This document shows positions 44,350 to 54,174 of a DNA stretch of 64,000 nucleotides, one piece after another (the stretch's first letter is position 1; every line of letters starts with the position of its first letter). The notes beneath the pieces are model-generated. The model ran no database searches. It saw only the letters and a list, made by a program, of their open reading frames with translations, and was not told where the DNA came from. The position numbers and the translations under genes were made by a program. Origin of the DNA: a virus; IMG/VR virus record IMGVR_UViG_3300050821_004652, positions 5,085 through 69,084 of that record. One strand, 5' to 3'.

Positions 44350-45063
44350 CTAGTTGAGGATCAGGTAGTTGTAGGTACTGGTGTCGGACGCCGTGCCGGA
44401 CACGGTAAAGCCAGTGCCAGGCGTGATGGTCAAGACGTGCGGCGAGGCGCCGACAGTACCACCCACCGTCTTGAGGGTGAAAATGATCACCGAGTTGGCC
44501 GTGACGCGCGAGTCGGTCACGGTCACCGCGCCACCGCCCGTCAGTGCGACATAGGTGCCGCTCGGCGCCGTCGGCATCGACTGGTAGAGCCCGACCATCG
44601 TAATCGCGCTCAGGCTCGTCAGGGTGACCAGGAAGACAACCATGCTGTTGCTCTGCACGGTGTTGATTCCGGACACAGTGACGCCAGTGCCGCCGGCGAT
44701 CGTGGCCGTCGCGTTGGTCGTGTTTTCGTAGAAGTAGAGGAAACTTTGACCGACATAGGGGTTGGGGATTCCGGCGATGATGTGCGCCGCGGTGTCGGTC
44801 GTGTCCGTGAATGCCGTGTTGCTCTGCGAGCCGCCGCGCTGGGTAACCTTGCCGACAATGCCAGCCGCCGTGATCGTACCAGCGCCTACGGTGTTGAGCG
44901 CGGTGATAACGGGTGTTCCGCCATTGGCACCAAGGAAGAACTGATCGAGGGTCGACAGCGCCACGATGCAGGAAACTTCTCCCGCAAAGATCGGCAACGA
45001 CATCGAGCCCAGAAGCTGAGCGAAGGTGAGATTTTTGGCGCCGGGGACAGGAGCAATGGCCAT
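44350..45063 (-). CDS. Putative head decoration/virion protein
   Basis: Thr/Gly-rich; TDTTDTAAHII; lies in the head cluster. Confidence 0.6.
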   Translation of the reverse strand: MAIAPVPGAKNLTFAQLLGSMSLPIFAGEVSCIVALSTLDQFFLGANGGTPVITALNTVGAGTITAAGIVGKVTQRGGSQSNTAFTDTTDTAAHIIAGIPNPYVGQSFLYFYENTTNATATIAGGTGVTVSGINTVQSNSMVVFLVTLTSLSAITMVGLYQSMPTAPSGTYVALTGGGAVTVTDSRVTANSVIIFTLKTVGGTVGASPHVLTITPGTGFTVSGTASDTSTYNYLILN

Positions 45064-45071
45064 GGGAACCT

Positions 45072-45965
45072 CTATGAAATAGCTGGTGTTTGCAGCGATA
45101 CGCTCGCCTGGCCCGTCGTCGACATGCGGTATCTTACTGTGGTGTTCGCGACGCCGGTATAGGCAAGGCAGTTGAGGCGATAGAGCATCCCGGCTTCGGG
45201 ATCACCGAACGACAGCGAAAGCGGCTTCGTCAACGCCCACTGCGCTTCCGTTCCATCGCCGCCCAGGCCGCAGGCGATCCAGTGCTTGCCGCCGTCGAAG
45301 CTGCGCTCGAGTTGCAGGGTGAGGTTGATCGGAGTCGCCGGCCCCATGATGACGCCCGTCGAATCGGCGCCTGACACGCCGATCGCATTTCCCGTCGGCG
45401 CGAACTCTATCAGCACCGGGCCGCCCGCGGCTGGCGGCGGCGCGGACGTGGCGGCCGCCGAAGCAGTCAGCGTAAACGTCGTGTTGCTGGCAGCAAGAAT
45501 GGTGGTGCCCGAAGGGAAATACGGGCTGTTCAGGATCGTGGCGCCGATCAGCGTCGTGAGATCGGCCGGCTGGGTCGGACCGCCGGTGATCGGCGGCGGG
45601 ATGCTGATCGTGGCGGATCCGTTGGTGATATTCCCCGCCCAGAACTGCGGCATGAAGGCCGCCACAAGCGATGCGGTGCCCCCGCCCGAGAAAACCGTCG
45701 CGCCAGGCGGGATGTTCGCGCCCACCAGGGTGTCACCGTTGGAAACGCTCGTGCCGCTCGCGGCCGTGATCGATGTCGATCCTTTGGTCGTGGTGAGCGT
45801 GTCGGAGAGCTCGCCCCACACGACGACGTTCATCGGCCCCCACGCGGTAAAGGCAGCGGACGGCCCGACGCCCGCGAACGTCCCTACGATCAGGGCGTTC
45901 GCGCGATCCGGCGAGCCGACGTTCTTGTTGGAACCGCTGACCCCAGCTAGTGAGGGAATTCCCAT
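45072..45965 (-). CDS. Putative virion structural protein
   Basis: LQLERSFDGG..W...EAGMLYRLNC. Confidence 0.6.
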   Translation of the reverse strand: MGIPSLAGVSGSNKNVGSPDRANALIVGTFAGVGPSAAFTAWGPMNVVVWGELSDTLTTTKGSTSITAASGTSVSNGDTLVGANIPPGATVFSGGGTASLVAAFMPQFWAGNITNGSATISIPPPITGGPTQPADLTTLIGATILNSPYFPSGTTILAASNTTFTLTASAAATSAPPPAAGGPVLIEFAPTGNAIGVSGADSTGVIMGPATPINLTLQLERSFDGGKHWIACGLGGDGTEAQWALTKPLSLSFGDPEAGMLYRLNCLAYTGVANTTVRYRMSTTGQASVSLQTPAIS

Positions 45966-45968
45966 GAA

Positions 45969-46724
45969 CTACGAGACGCCTTTCGGGGCATTGGTGATCG
46001 CCTTGCGGGCAACCGTGCCCAGCACCGCGACCTCCGCCTGTGTGTGATCGTTCACGCCGACGATGCCAAGATCGTCGCTGAAATTCGGCTCTGCCGCCAC
46101 ATGCTGCCGCTTGGGCGGATCGCCCTTCACGACAAGGCCCTTGGCGGTGACCCACAAGGGGCGCGTGTCGGCGGTCGGCACGAAGACGGAGTGGCCGCCG
46201 GTAGTCGCCTTCCACGCGGCAAAGATCGCCTTGGCCACATCGTTGATGGGGACCATCGCGTCATTCGGCACGCCCGTGTAGAAAATCTCCACCGAGACGG
46301 CCACCTTGTCGACGAGGCGATAGGGCTCGATGAACCGTTCGTTGAGATAGACCTTGGAGATCAGCTTGTACTCCGGCCTGGTCGCGCCCTCCTGGTGAGC
46401 CGCCGTCAGGAGCTTGTCCATGCGCTCCGCTGCCGCCTCGCGCGCAGCAACCTCCTCCGGAGAGAGCGGCTTGCGATGCTGGCCCTGCTGACCGATCGCC
46501 GCCATGTTCATCGACAGCTTGCTCAACACCTGTTCGAGCAGATCGACGGCATTGGTGCTGACCGCGAGGCCCGCAGGCGGCTCCGCAGGCGCCCCTTCCG
46601 GCGCGGGTGTAACCGCAGCGAACATTTCCGCCTTGAACTGCTCCATGGCGGCTTTGACACGCGCGTTGACCGCCTCCTCGAACTCAGGCGTTTCGATTAC
46701 CTTCTTGCGACCAGGACTGGTCAT
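45969..46724 (-). CDS. Hypothetical head-module protein
   Basis: AAGGAG RBS; long ORF. Confidence 0.7.
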   Translation of the reverse strand: MTSPGRKKVIETPEFEEAVNARVKAAMEQFKAEMFAAVTPAPEGAPAEPPAGLAVSTNAVDLLEQVLSKLSMNMAAIGQQGQHRKPLSPEEVAAREAAAERMDKLLTAAHQEGATRPEYKLISKVYLNERFIEPYRLVDKVAVSVEIFYTGVPNDAMVPINDVAKAIFAAWKATTGGHSVFVPTADTRPLWVTAKGLVVKGDPPKRQHVAAEPNFSDDLGIVGVNDHTQAEVAVLGTVARKAITNAPKGVS

Positions 46725-46760
46725 AGCTGCTCCTTGTGCGCCAGAGAGCGGCGCGGAAGT

Positions 46761-47303
46761 TTAACCCTTCACCGCGAAGTTGGCGGCGGCGAACTTGTTG
46801 TTGAGCGTGGGCGTGCTCATGGTGACCATCGACCAGGCGATCGTGCCCGCCGTGAATGTGGCCGACGGCGTGAACAACAGGCTGATGAAGCGTGGATTGA
46901 AACCGTCCGGATATTCCGGCGGCCAGTCGAAGCGGCCAATGAAGCCGGAATTCGCCGGTCCATTGGCCACAAGCTGCGCAACGGTATAGGCCGGCGACTG
47001 GACGAAGGTCTGCCAGGGGCCGGGAATGCCGCCGCCGGCGTCGATAGCGCCCTGCACCGCGATGGTGAGAGTGCCGCTGCCGGCAAAGGTCGTACCGATG
47101 GCGGAGATGAGCAGCGGCCGTTCGCGGCCGACACCCAAGTCCGCTCCGAACACGGACGCATTGCCGATGATGGTGCCCGCAACCGGCGCCGTCACGCCAA
47201 TGCCCAGGCCGAGCTCGTCATAGATATTCGAGCGGACCGCGGCGCTGGTGATGGCGAGGTTCGAGCCATAGGGCAGGAAGTTGACGAGTGAGTCGGTGAG
47301 CAT
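46761..47303 (-). CDS. Capsid cement protein (Bbp16-like)
   Basis: MLTDSL..F...AITSAAVRSNIYD...RFISL...TFTAGTI; follows the capsid gene. Confidence 0.7.
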   Translation of the reverse strand: MLTDSLVNFLPYGSNLAITSAAVRSNIYDELGLGIGVTAPVAGTIIGNASVFGADLGVGRERPLLISAIGTTFAGSGTLTIAVQGAIDAGGGIPGPWQTFVQSPAYTVAQLVANGPANSGFIGRFDWPPEYPDGFNPRFISLLFTPSATFTAGTIAWSMVTMSTPTLNNKFAAANFAVKG

Positions 47304-47339
47304 GTGCGCTTTCTCCTAGAGAACTGGATACGACGGCCC

Positions 47340-48389
47340 TTACGTCAGGGCGCCTTCAGTGTTGGTAAGCTGATCGACCACCTTGATCGGAATGCCGCGG
47401 TACCCGGTGATCGGCATGCCCGCATAGTCTTTCATCTCGAGCAGGACGTTGCGATCACGAATCGCCTGGATGTCGAGCGCATGACGGAGCGTGCGGTTCA
47501 TGTAGAAGACCGGATGCACTCCATAATCCGCCAGCGGCGCGTCCGTCTTGTCGACGCCCGAAGTGGTGCGGGAGAGCTTCGGGAACAGCAGGAGCATTTG
47601 CCCCATGACCACGAAGAGATCTGGCGGCGTCGGGCCGAACAGGCCGACAGAGCCGGTGGTGGTGTCGAGGTTGGCGTAGCGCACGCCGTAGCGCCAATCC
47701 TTCGGGCAGAGACCGGCCTGCTGACGGAACCAGGAGGTGTACGCCTCGAAACGGTTGCCGAGAGAGTCGAAGCCGGGCGTGACGTCGCCCTTGTCCTCCA
47801 TATCCAGGCCCGCCTTGGACCCTTCCGGGAAAACGCCGGTGATGGTCTCCGGACCCCAGCCAAGCAGCCACATCGAGCAGTTGGACGAACCTGTTCCGCC
47901 GCCGTTCAGCACGTTGGTCGCGTTCTGGGCGTTGGCGGCATTGATGGTGTTGTAGAATGGGCTGAAGCCCATGAATTCGATCGGCGTGAGTGACGTGTTG
48001 CCGTAGAAGAACGTCTGGACGATCGTCTGCGACATGCCTTCCAGGAAGGCCGCATCTTCCGTCTCGCGGAAGCGCTGGAGATCGCCGGAGTGCTCGCCCA
48101 GCGCGCGGTCCACCTGGCTGTAATCCTCGAGCATGCCCATGTCGATGCGCGCCTTCGCGGTGGTCGACTTCGAATAGGGCACGCCCATGTTGTACGAGCG
48201 CCAGGAGCCCGCCGGGATCGACGTCCGGAAGACGAATTCATGCGTGGTTCGGCCGTTCGCCTTCACCCACGGAATGTCGTCATAGAAATCGTTGCACTGA
48301 GACAGCATCTCCGCGATCTCGGGGATCTTGCCCTCCGGATCGAGGCGGGAAGCAACGTCGACCATCGTCGGCCATGAACCAGTCGCCAT
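47340..48389 (-). CDS. Major capsid protein (Bbp17/epsilon15 gp7-like, HK97 fold)
   Basis: IAEMLSQCN..DDIPW, EDAAFLEGMSQ, DWRYGVRYAN, YRGIPIKVVDQLTNTE. Confidence 0.9.
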   Translation of the reverse strand: MATGSWPTMVDVASRLDPEGKIPEIAEMLSQCNDFYDDIPWVKANGRTTHEFVFRTSIPAGSWRSYNMGVPYSKSTTAKARIDMGMLEDYSQVDRALGEHSGDLQRFRETEDAAFLEGMSQTIVQTFFYGNTSLTPIEFMGFSPFYNTINAANAQNATNVLNGGGTGSSNCSMWLLGWGPETITGVFPEGSKAGLDMEDKGDVTPGFDSLGNRFEAYTSWFRQQAGLCPKDWRYGVRYANLDTTTGSVGLFGPTPPDLFVVMGQMLLLFPKLSRTTSGVDKTDAPLADYGVHPVFYMNRTLRHALDIQAIRDRNVLLEMKDYAGMPITGYRGIPIKVVDQLTNTEGALT

Positions 48390-48411
48390 TTCAAACTCTC
48401 CTGTTCAGAAA

Positions 48412-49326
48412 CTAGCTTTTCGCCTTTTGAGAAGAAGGATGGTTGTAGATCAGGTCACGACGGCTCACGTTCGGGCCGCGTCCGTTGTCTTTCGGCACGC
48501 CGATCTCCGCCGACGGCACCGGAGGCTCGTCAAGAAACCGCGCCACGTTGTGAAGCATGCGCCACATGACCGGATGATCGCCGGAGCCGGTGACGCGGAA
48601 AAATTCGGAGGCAGCCTTCAGGTCCGCCGCGTAGCGCTTGGTGCCAGGCTTGGCAGAGCTCACCAGCAGATCACGCATGCGCGCGACGGCCTGCTTGGTG
48701 GTTTCGTACCCGTTGCCGCCAAGCTCCGGATCGGCCTGGATCTCTTTCTGCCAGGCCGCGCGAGTGTCGTTGAACTGCTTGTGCTGATGCTGGCCGACTT
48801 GCGCGGCGTAGTCCTTGATCGCCTGCAAATGAAAATCAATCAGCGGCTGGACGTTCGACGGATCGGCGCGGAAATTGTCCAGCGTTTCGTGAAGCTGGGT
48901 GCGGCGCTCGTCCGGCAGCGTCAGGAGATTTTCTGGGATCTCGTATTTGTATTCGACTTTGGGAAGCTCTGCCGGCTTAGGCGGCTCCGCCGGCGGCGCT
49001 TCCGTCGGTTTGTCGTCCGCCTTGACTTCAGCCGGCTTGACCTCGGCGGGTTTGACCTCGGCAGGCTTCTCTTCCGGCTTGACCTCGCCAGGCGCATCGA
49101 CGGTCTCGAGCAGCGACGGTGTTTCGACAACCGTCTTGGGCTCTTCGGCGACTACAGGCGCCGGTGCGACAGGCGGCGCGGCAGGCGGAGTCTCGACGAC
49201 CACCGGCGCAGGCGCAGCAGCCACGACCGCCGGTGCGGGCGCAGCGCTTTCGGCCGGAATGCTCGCAGGCGGAACCGCGGCGACCGGGACCGGGGCGTCG
49301 GCGTCCACTTTGGCCGGATCAGGCAT
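48412..49326 (-). CDS. Capsid scaffolding protein
   Basis: Pro/Ala/Glu-rich N-terminus, W...IQADPELGG, GDHP..R; directly upstream of the capsid gene. Confidence 0.8.
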   Translation of the reverse strand: MPDPAKVDADAPVPVAAVPPASIPAESAAPAPAVVAAAPAPVVVETPPAAPPVAPAPVVAEEPKTVVETPSLLETVDAPGEVKPEEKPAEVKPAEVKPAEVKADDKPTEAPPAEPPKPAELPKVEYKYEIPENLLTLPDERRTQLHETLDNFRADPSNVQPLIDFHLQAIKDYAAQVGQHQHKQFNDTRAAWQKEIQADPELGGNGYETTKQAVARMRDLLVSSAKPGTKRYAADLKAASEFFRVTGSGDHPVMWRMLHNVARFLDEPPVPSAEIGVPKDNGRGPNVSRRDLIYNHPSSQKAKS

Positions 49327-49700
49327 CAGATCACTACCTCAGCAAATCGGGGATCATTTTCGTGGAGCATATCCATGACGCCCTTCGGCTCGCGGAAGTG
49401 CCACAGTTGATAGAGGCGCTGGCCGATCTGCTGTTCGCCCAGGTGCAGCCACGAGGCGAGCGGATCTGGCGCGCCCGCCGGGCTCGAGCCGAAGATGGTC
49501 TCGAACGTGTGGCACTCGGCCAGGATGCTCCACAGGAAGCGGCGGCCGGCTTCGCTCGCCAGCACCAGCCTGAAAAATTCGCGGTCCTCCCGCTGCTTGC
49601 GCTTGATCTTCGACTCGCGACGCTTGCGCTGGGTCTCGTCGACAGCAGAGGCGACAGGCTCGGTCGACTCCAGGTCATCGCCTTCGGTCGGATCACTCAT
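49326..49700 (-). CDS. Bbp19-like protein
   Basis: VLASEAGRRFLWSIL...GEQQIG. Confidence 0.7.
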   Translation of the reverse strand: MSDPTEGDDLESTEPVASAVDETQRKRRESKIKRKQREDREFFRLVLASEAGRRFLWSILAECHTFETIFGSSPAGAPDPLASWLHLGEQQIGQRLYQLWHFREPKGVMDMLHENDPRFAEVVI

Positions 49701-50161
49701 TGGAGGATGAACCCCTTCGGAACGGCGACCTTGCGGTTCTCCGGCCGGTACGGCAGTTGATCGGGCAGGATCAGTCCCGTCTTGCCGGTGGCGCGGTCCT
49801 TCAGTTCCTGTGCAGCCTTGCGCGCGAGCAGCAGGACTTCGGCGCACTTCAGGAACATCGGCCCCCTGCTGCGGAAGCGAAGCCAGTCCCCGCACTTCTT
49901 GTGAGTATCGATCGCGAACCGACCGATCGGCAGCCAGCGAGTATCGCCGCGCCACGCTGCGGCCTGCCGGCAGGCCCCCTCGACCAGGTGAAGTTGCTCG
50001 CGCAGCTTGACGTAGCGCTGCCCCTTGATGCGATTTTCCTGAGTTGCCAATGCCTTACAATGATCTGCCGCCTCTCCGAGAGAGGTGATCAGCCGGTCGA
50101 AGATCTCGACTTCTGTAAGGTTGGACACGGCAATCACTATGATGGCCGCGGGGAGACTCAC
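49697..50161 (-). CDS. Hypothetical protein (start may be GTG at 50128)
   Basis: ATGA overlap downstream. Confidence 0.6.
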   Translation of the reverse strand: MSLPAAIIVIAVSNLTEVEIFDRLITSLGEAADHCKALATQENRIKGQRYVKLREQLHLVEGACRQAAAWRGDTRWLPIGRFAIDTHKKCGDWLRFRSRGPMFLKCAEVLLLARKAAQELKDRATGKTGLILPDQLPYRPENRKVAVPKGFILQ

Positions 50162-50226
50162 ACAATGGGCGGTACAAACGGTGTTAAAACCCGGTTATAA
50201 TCCGCGCACCGGCGCACCGGAGAAAA

Positions 50227-50442
50227 ATGACGCAAAATAGTCCATACCTCTCCCGCAAGCAGGCAGCAGCCTATCTTCGCAGTCAGGGGATCGCGGTTTC
50301 CCCCGGCACCCTGGCTCAATGGGGCCTGAAAAAGCGACAAGGAGAAGGGCCGCCATACAAGCGCTTCAAGAACGGTCTCGCGCTCTACACTCGAGAGGAT
50401 CTGGACGAATGGCGCGACAAGAATCTCCGACCGGTTGGGTGA
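50227..50442 (+). CDS. AlpA/excisionase-like HTH protein
   Basis: YLSRKQAAAYL...TLAQW...GPPY...LYTREDLDEW; TATAAT at 50196. Confidence 0.8.
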   Translation: MTQNSPYLSRKQAAAYLRSQGIAVSPGTLAQWGLKKRQGEGPPYKRFKNGLALYTREDLDEWRDKNLRPVG

Positions 50443-50705
50443 ACGCCTACCGCTCCAACTCCGACACCGACGACCTGGTTTCCAAGCCGGCCTGGGATCC
50501 GGACACCTACCAGGCGCGCACCGCCTCCCCGCTCATGGCCGCCCTGGACCAGATGCCCAAGGCCTACCGCGAGCTCCTGGACGACATCGACGTGCATACC
50601 GTGTGGAAAGCCTTCCGGCGTGGCGTGCCCCCAAAGGTCGTCCGGATGCTTAAGGCCGCGGAAACCGTAGGCTGGGCAAAAGGCAATCGACCAGGCCCCA
50701 GATGA
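50439..50705 (+). CDS. Hypothetical protein
   Basis: GTGA overlap. Confidence 0.5.
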   Translation: MNAYRSNSDTDDLVSKPAWDPDTYQARTASPLMAALDQMPKAYRELLDDIDVHTVWKAFRRGVPPKVVRMLKAAETVGWAKGNRPGPR

Positions 50706-50889
50706 TGTAGAGCACGGCGATCAGCAGGAACGCCCACAGGACGATGTTGATCACCTGTGCAAGCAGGCTGCCCGGCCCGCCGAATTGGGCCAGCACCGCG
50801 GGGATCACCAGCCGGATGATGGCGTAGAGCGCGCCAATGCCGACCAGCCAGATCATCAGCGTAAAGAAGAAGGCGACTGAAAAGCACAT
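50650..50889 (-). CDS. Small two-TM membrane protein
   Basis: GGAG RBS; two hydrophobic helices. Confidence 0.7.
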   Translation of the reverse strand: MCFSVAFFFTLMIWLVGIGALYAIIRLVIPAVLAQFGGPGSLLAQVINIVLWAFLLIAVLYIIWGLVDCLLPSLRFPRP

Positions 50890-50957
50890 GGCGGACACTC
50901 CCGTGTGTTGAGGGAACGCCGGGGAAATCCCGTAGTTCCGTGATATAACCGATAGGC

Positions 50958-51323
50958 ATGGTCCTCCGCCATGCTCTTGCCGCCCTGGTGCTCCTCCTCG
51001 GAGCGTGCGCGGCCACAACCCCGATCGCCTACAGCGACGCCTTCGACACAGCCGGCAATCGCCTCCCGATCGCCTGCCTGGACCTTGGCGACGTGCGTGT
51101 TTCGGTGGTGCTGCTTTCCCACCAGGCGATGCAGGCCAGGCTCCACAAGGACGGGTGGTCGCTTCTCGGACAATGGCGCACGCCGCGCGATCCGAAGGCC
51201 AGCGACGGCACCATTTATCTCGACCGGGATCTCGAGCCGGCCATCTTCTACGACGCCATGCGCCACGAAATGTGCCACGCCAAGATGTTCAAGACGCGCG
51301 GCGATCCGAATTGGCACCCCTAG
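50958..51323 (+). CDS. Lipoprotein with HExxH zincin-like motif
   Basis: LLGAC lipobox; MRHEMCH. Confidence 0.65.
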   Translation: MVLRHALAALVLLLGACAATTPIAYSDAFDTAGNRLPIACLDLGDVRVSVVLLSHQAMQARLHKDGWSLLGQWRTPRDPKASDGTIYLDRDLEPAIFYDAMRHEMCHAKMFKTRGDPNWHP

Positions 51324-51449
51324 ACGCGGAAACGCCGCCCGGAGGGGGGTCCGAGCGGCATCCGCAAAGCCCAATCACAGAAGGAAACGACAACGACCAG
51401 GGAGGATCGTGGCCTGATTATACGCCAGTTCCTGGCCGACGCAACCGGC

Positions 51450-51767
51450 TTAGGCCGGCGTGCCGGGGACCAGCGCGATCGACGTGAGTACAGGCGCAGG
51501 CACGGCCACGGTGACTGCCAGCGTCGCAGAAAAACTCTTGCCGCCGACGGCCAACGACACGCCGACATTCGTGGTGCCGGCCGCGACGCCGGTCTCGACG
51601 GCAGTCTGCCCATTCGCGCCGACCACCAGGGTGCCGATCGTGTTGTCGCTGTTCGACCAGGTAGGCGCCGCATCCGGCGTCGGAGGCGGCGACATGACGT
51701 TGCCGTTCTGATCGAGGTACTGAATCGCAATCGGTAGGGCCTGACCGACATTCATCGTTGCTGCCAT
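51450..51767 (-). CDS. Ig-like small protein (may start upstream near 51880)
   Basis: GAGGAG RBS; DQNGN, TWSNSD, beta-rich. Confidence 0.65.
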   Translation of the reverse strand: MAATMNVGQALPIAIQYLDQNGNVMSPPPTPDAAPTWSNSDNTIGTLVVGANGQTAVETGVAAGTTNVGVSLAVGGKSFSATLAVTVAVPAPVLTSIALVPGTPA

Positions 51768-51911
51768 GTGAATCTCCTCGCCATGGATAAGAAGGACGGA
51801 AAAGTTGCCCACCACCAGCCGAACAAGGATGGGATGCTCACGGTGATGGTGCCAGCGCTTCCAGTGGAAGTTTCGCATACAGGCAAACATATGCCTCTCA
51901 TGTTGCATTTG

Positions 51912-51955
51912 CAAAAAGGACCCCGCCGGGAAGGACCGCCCGACGGGGCCAAAAG
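51912..51955 (-). terminator. Rho-independent terminator after the portal gene
   Basis: GGCCCCGTCGGG...CCCGGCGGGGTC followed by TTTTT on the - strand. Confidence 0.65.
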
Positions 51956-51991
51956 ACGCGCTCACCGAATGAGGAAATGAGCGCGCCCCCT

Positions 51992-53845
51992 CTAACGTCC
52001 TTTCGGGAACGCTCCGGAACCGGCAATCGCATCGAGCGCCGACCCATTGTTGAGCGAGGTTTCCGAAAGAGTCTTCGCAGCCTGGACGGCGGCCATCGCA
52101 TTGCCAGGCGCCGTCGCCGCGGTATGCGCCTGCTGCGTGGCCTGTGCCCGCGCCTGATCGTGCTGCTGCACCTGATCATCCGTGAACAGAATGTGCGTCC
52201 GCATGTGGGTAGCCTTGGCGTAGTCCTTGGCCCACTGATCGAGGTTCACGGTGCGCAGCGGATCCGGCAGCGTAGCCGCCTTCGCGGCGCTGGAGGCGGC
52301 GCCCATCGCAGCCAGGAAATCCTTCAGCGACACCGCATCCGAAGCCTGCATCGCCAGGCGCATGATCGACTGATATTCGATCTTGAACGTGCGCCCTTGG
52401 AGCGATGCCGGCATGTCCGGGATCATTCCGCGGCGCTGGCAGATCGCGAAGATGCGATTGATCGCCGGCGTTGCGACTTCGGTCTCATGGAGCTCGACCA
52501 GGGGCCCAAGCTGCTGCAAGCGCTCGAGATCGCGCTTGGTAAGCTCTAGCTCATTCTTCGGCTGCACGCCTTCCATACGCGAGATCGCCAGGAAGACGTC
52601 GACGAAGAGGCATTTTTCAGTGCGCAGGTTCACCGCCGCAATGTCGGCCGTGATGCCCTGGAGCCATACGGGATTCGGCTCGAACAGCGCCCAGAAGCCT
52701 TTCTTGCCGCCCGCCGTGTTCATGTAGGTGATGCGGGCCGGCATGATCGACGCGGGCTCGTTCTTCAATTCGGGGTCCGCGCCCATCGGCGGGCGCACGC
52801 CCTTTTCGATGAATTCGGCCTTGCGCAGCGATTCTAGCTGGACCTGTTTCGCATCACCCAGCGCGTCCATGCAGAACGACCGGCCATAGGGGTCGTTGCC
52901 GACCAGGCCGCCGCGCGCCACGACGAAGGGCTGCTCATGGAAACCGCGGATCGACAGCGGCTGGCTCCCCATGTCGCCCTTGACCCAGTAGACCTCGCGA
53001 AAGGGAAACAGCCTGGAGACCGGATAACGGTCCGTCTTCTGCCCCTTCGGTCCCATCAGCGGGTAGTTGGGCTCGATGATGTGGCAGATCACGACCTCGG
53101 TATCCATCGTGCCATCGTCGAACATCTTCTGGATCGACTGGGTGCATTTTTCGTAGCCGAACCATTCGACCGTTTGCAGGATCGTGAAGGTGTAGTCCCG
53201 GTGCAAGGTGTTGGTGTTGAGGCGCGAACCGCTGCCCAGCGTGTACTCGCCAGGGCACGGCAGGTAGACCCGGATCACGTCTTCCTTGTCTTCGTAGATG
53301 ATCGGCGGCGACGTCCCGAACACTGTCTCGTCCTGGAACATTTGCGCCATTTGCACGAAGAAATTGCTCTGGTGCATCACGGTGTCGATGACATCGTAGA
53401 CGCGCTCGAGCCAGGTCTTGCCGTCTGCCGGAATATCGTCGGTCTCCATGCCGACAATGCCCACGCCGAACCATTTGCGCGATGGCGACATGAGCCCCGT
53501 CCACAGCCCGGAGGCACATACCCGGACCGCCTGTAGGCCGGTCGAATCGATGATGGCTTCGTTGACCGGCCGTCCGCGCCACATGCGATTCGCGACGATC
53601 GTCAGCCACTGCCAGCGCCGCGGCATGAAGAATTCGGCCAGCACCTGCCAGTGCAGGAGCCAGGACCAGCGCCAGGTGATCAGCGCGCGCCGGCGCCGTT
53701 CGACGTGATTGTAGAGAAGCGGCCACCAGGAAGCGACAAGCTGCGGCAGGACGTTGCTCTGCACCGGCATATTCGCCAGCGAGGACGAGTCGACGTCCTG
53801 GTAAGCGGCGTGAGCCTCTTCGCGGAGTGAAGCGCCGTCGGGCAT
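51992..53845 (-). CDS. Portal protein (head-tail connector, Bbp21/T7 gp8-like)
   Basis: IIDSTG..A....ASGL...L.SPSRKWF, SNF, YGRS..MDALGD. Confidence 0.9.
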   Translation of the reverse strand: MPDGASLREEAHAAYQDVDSSSLANMPVQSNVLPQLVASWWPLLYNHVERRRRALITWRWSWLLHWQVLAEFFMPRRWQWLTIVANRMWRGRPVNEAIIDSTGLQAVRVCASGLWTGLMSPSRKWFGVGIVGMETDDIPADGKTWLERVYDVIDTVMHQSNFFVQMAQMFQDETVFGTSPPIIYEDKEDVIRVYLPCPGEYTLGSGSRLNTNTLHRDYTFTILQTVEWFGYEKCTQSIQKMFDDGTMDTEVVICHIIEPNYPLMGPKGQKTDRYPVSRLFPFREVYWVKGDMGSQPLSIRGFHEQPFVVARGGLVGNDPYGRSFCMDALGDAKQVQLESLRKAEFIEKGVRPPMGADPELKNEPASIMPARITYMNTAGGKKGFWALFEPNPVWLQGITADIAAVNLRTEKCLFVDVFLAISRMEGVQPKNELELTKRDLERLQQLGPLVELHETEVATPAINRIFAICQRRGMIPDMPASLQGRTFKIEYQSIMRLAMQASDAVSLKDFLAAMGAASSAAKAATLPDPLRTVNLDQWAKDYAKATHMRTHILFTDDQVQQHDQARAQATQQAHTAATAPGNAMAAVQAAKTLSETSLNNGSALDAIAGSGAFPKGR

Positions 53846-54174
53846 CAGACCGTCCCGGAGAGTGTCTTAGCTCCACCCGTAGTCGACGGCGGCGGCGCCC
53901 CTTGTGGGCTCGTGTCGACGGTATTGGCGTAGCCGGCAACGGCGCCGGCGGCGGCTGCGGCGCTCGCCTTGACGGCCTGGGCGGCAGCGGTCGGTCCCGC
54001 GCTCGCCAGGGTAGGCGGCGGCTGCGGGGCAGCCGGCGCGGGAGGAGGCGCCGGAGGCGGCGTGATCTGCTGCGGCGGGGGAGGAGGCGGCGGCGCAGAG
54101 AAATTGAACGCACCGCCACCGCCGGAGCCGCCACCGCCGAACAGGGAACCGATACCGCTGAAAACCGCGCTCAT
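53845..54174 (-). CDS. Pro/Ala-rich small virion protein
   Basis: Typical gene upstream of portal, ending KTLSG. Confidence 0.65.
   Translation of the reverse strand: MSAVFSGIGSLFGGGGSGGGGAFNFSAPPPPPPPQQITPPPAPPPAPAAPQPPPTLASAGPTAAAQAVKASAAAAAGAVAGYANTVDTSPQGAPPPSTTGGAKTLSGTV

Noticed and set aside
49020-49085. EVKPAEVKPA repeat in the scaffold as a DNA repeat element
   Set aside because: Ordinary low-complexity coding repeat in a disordered scaffold region
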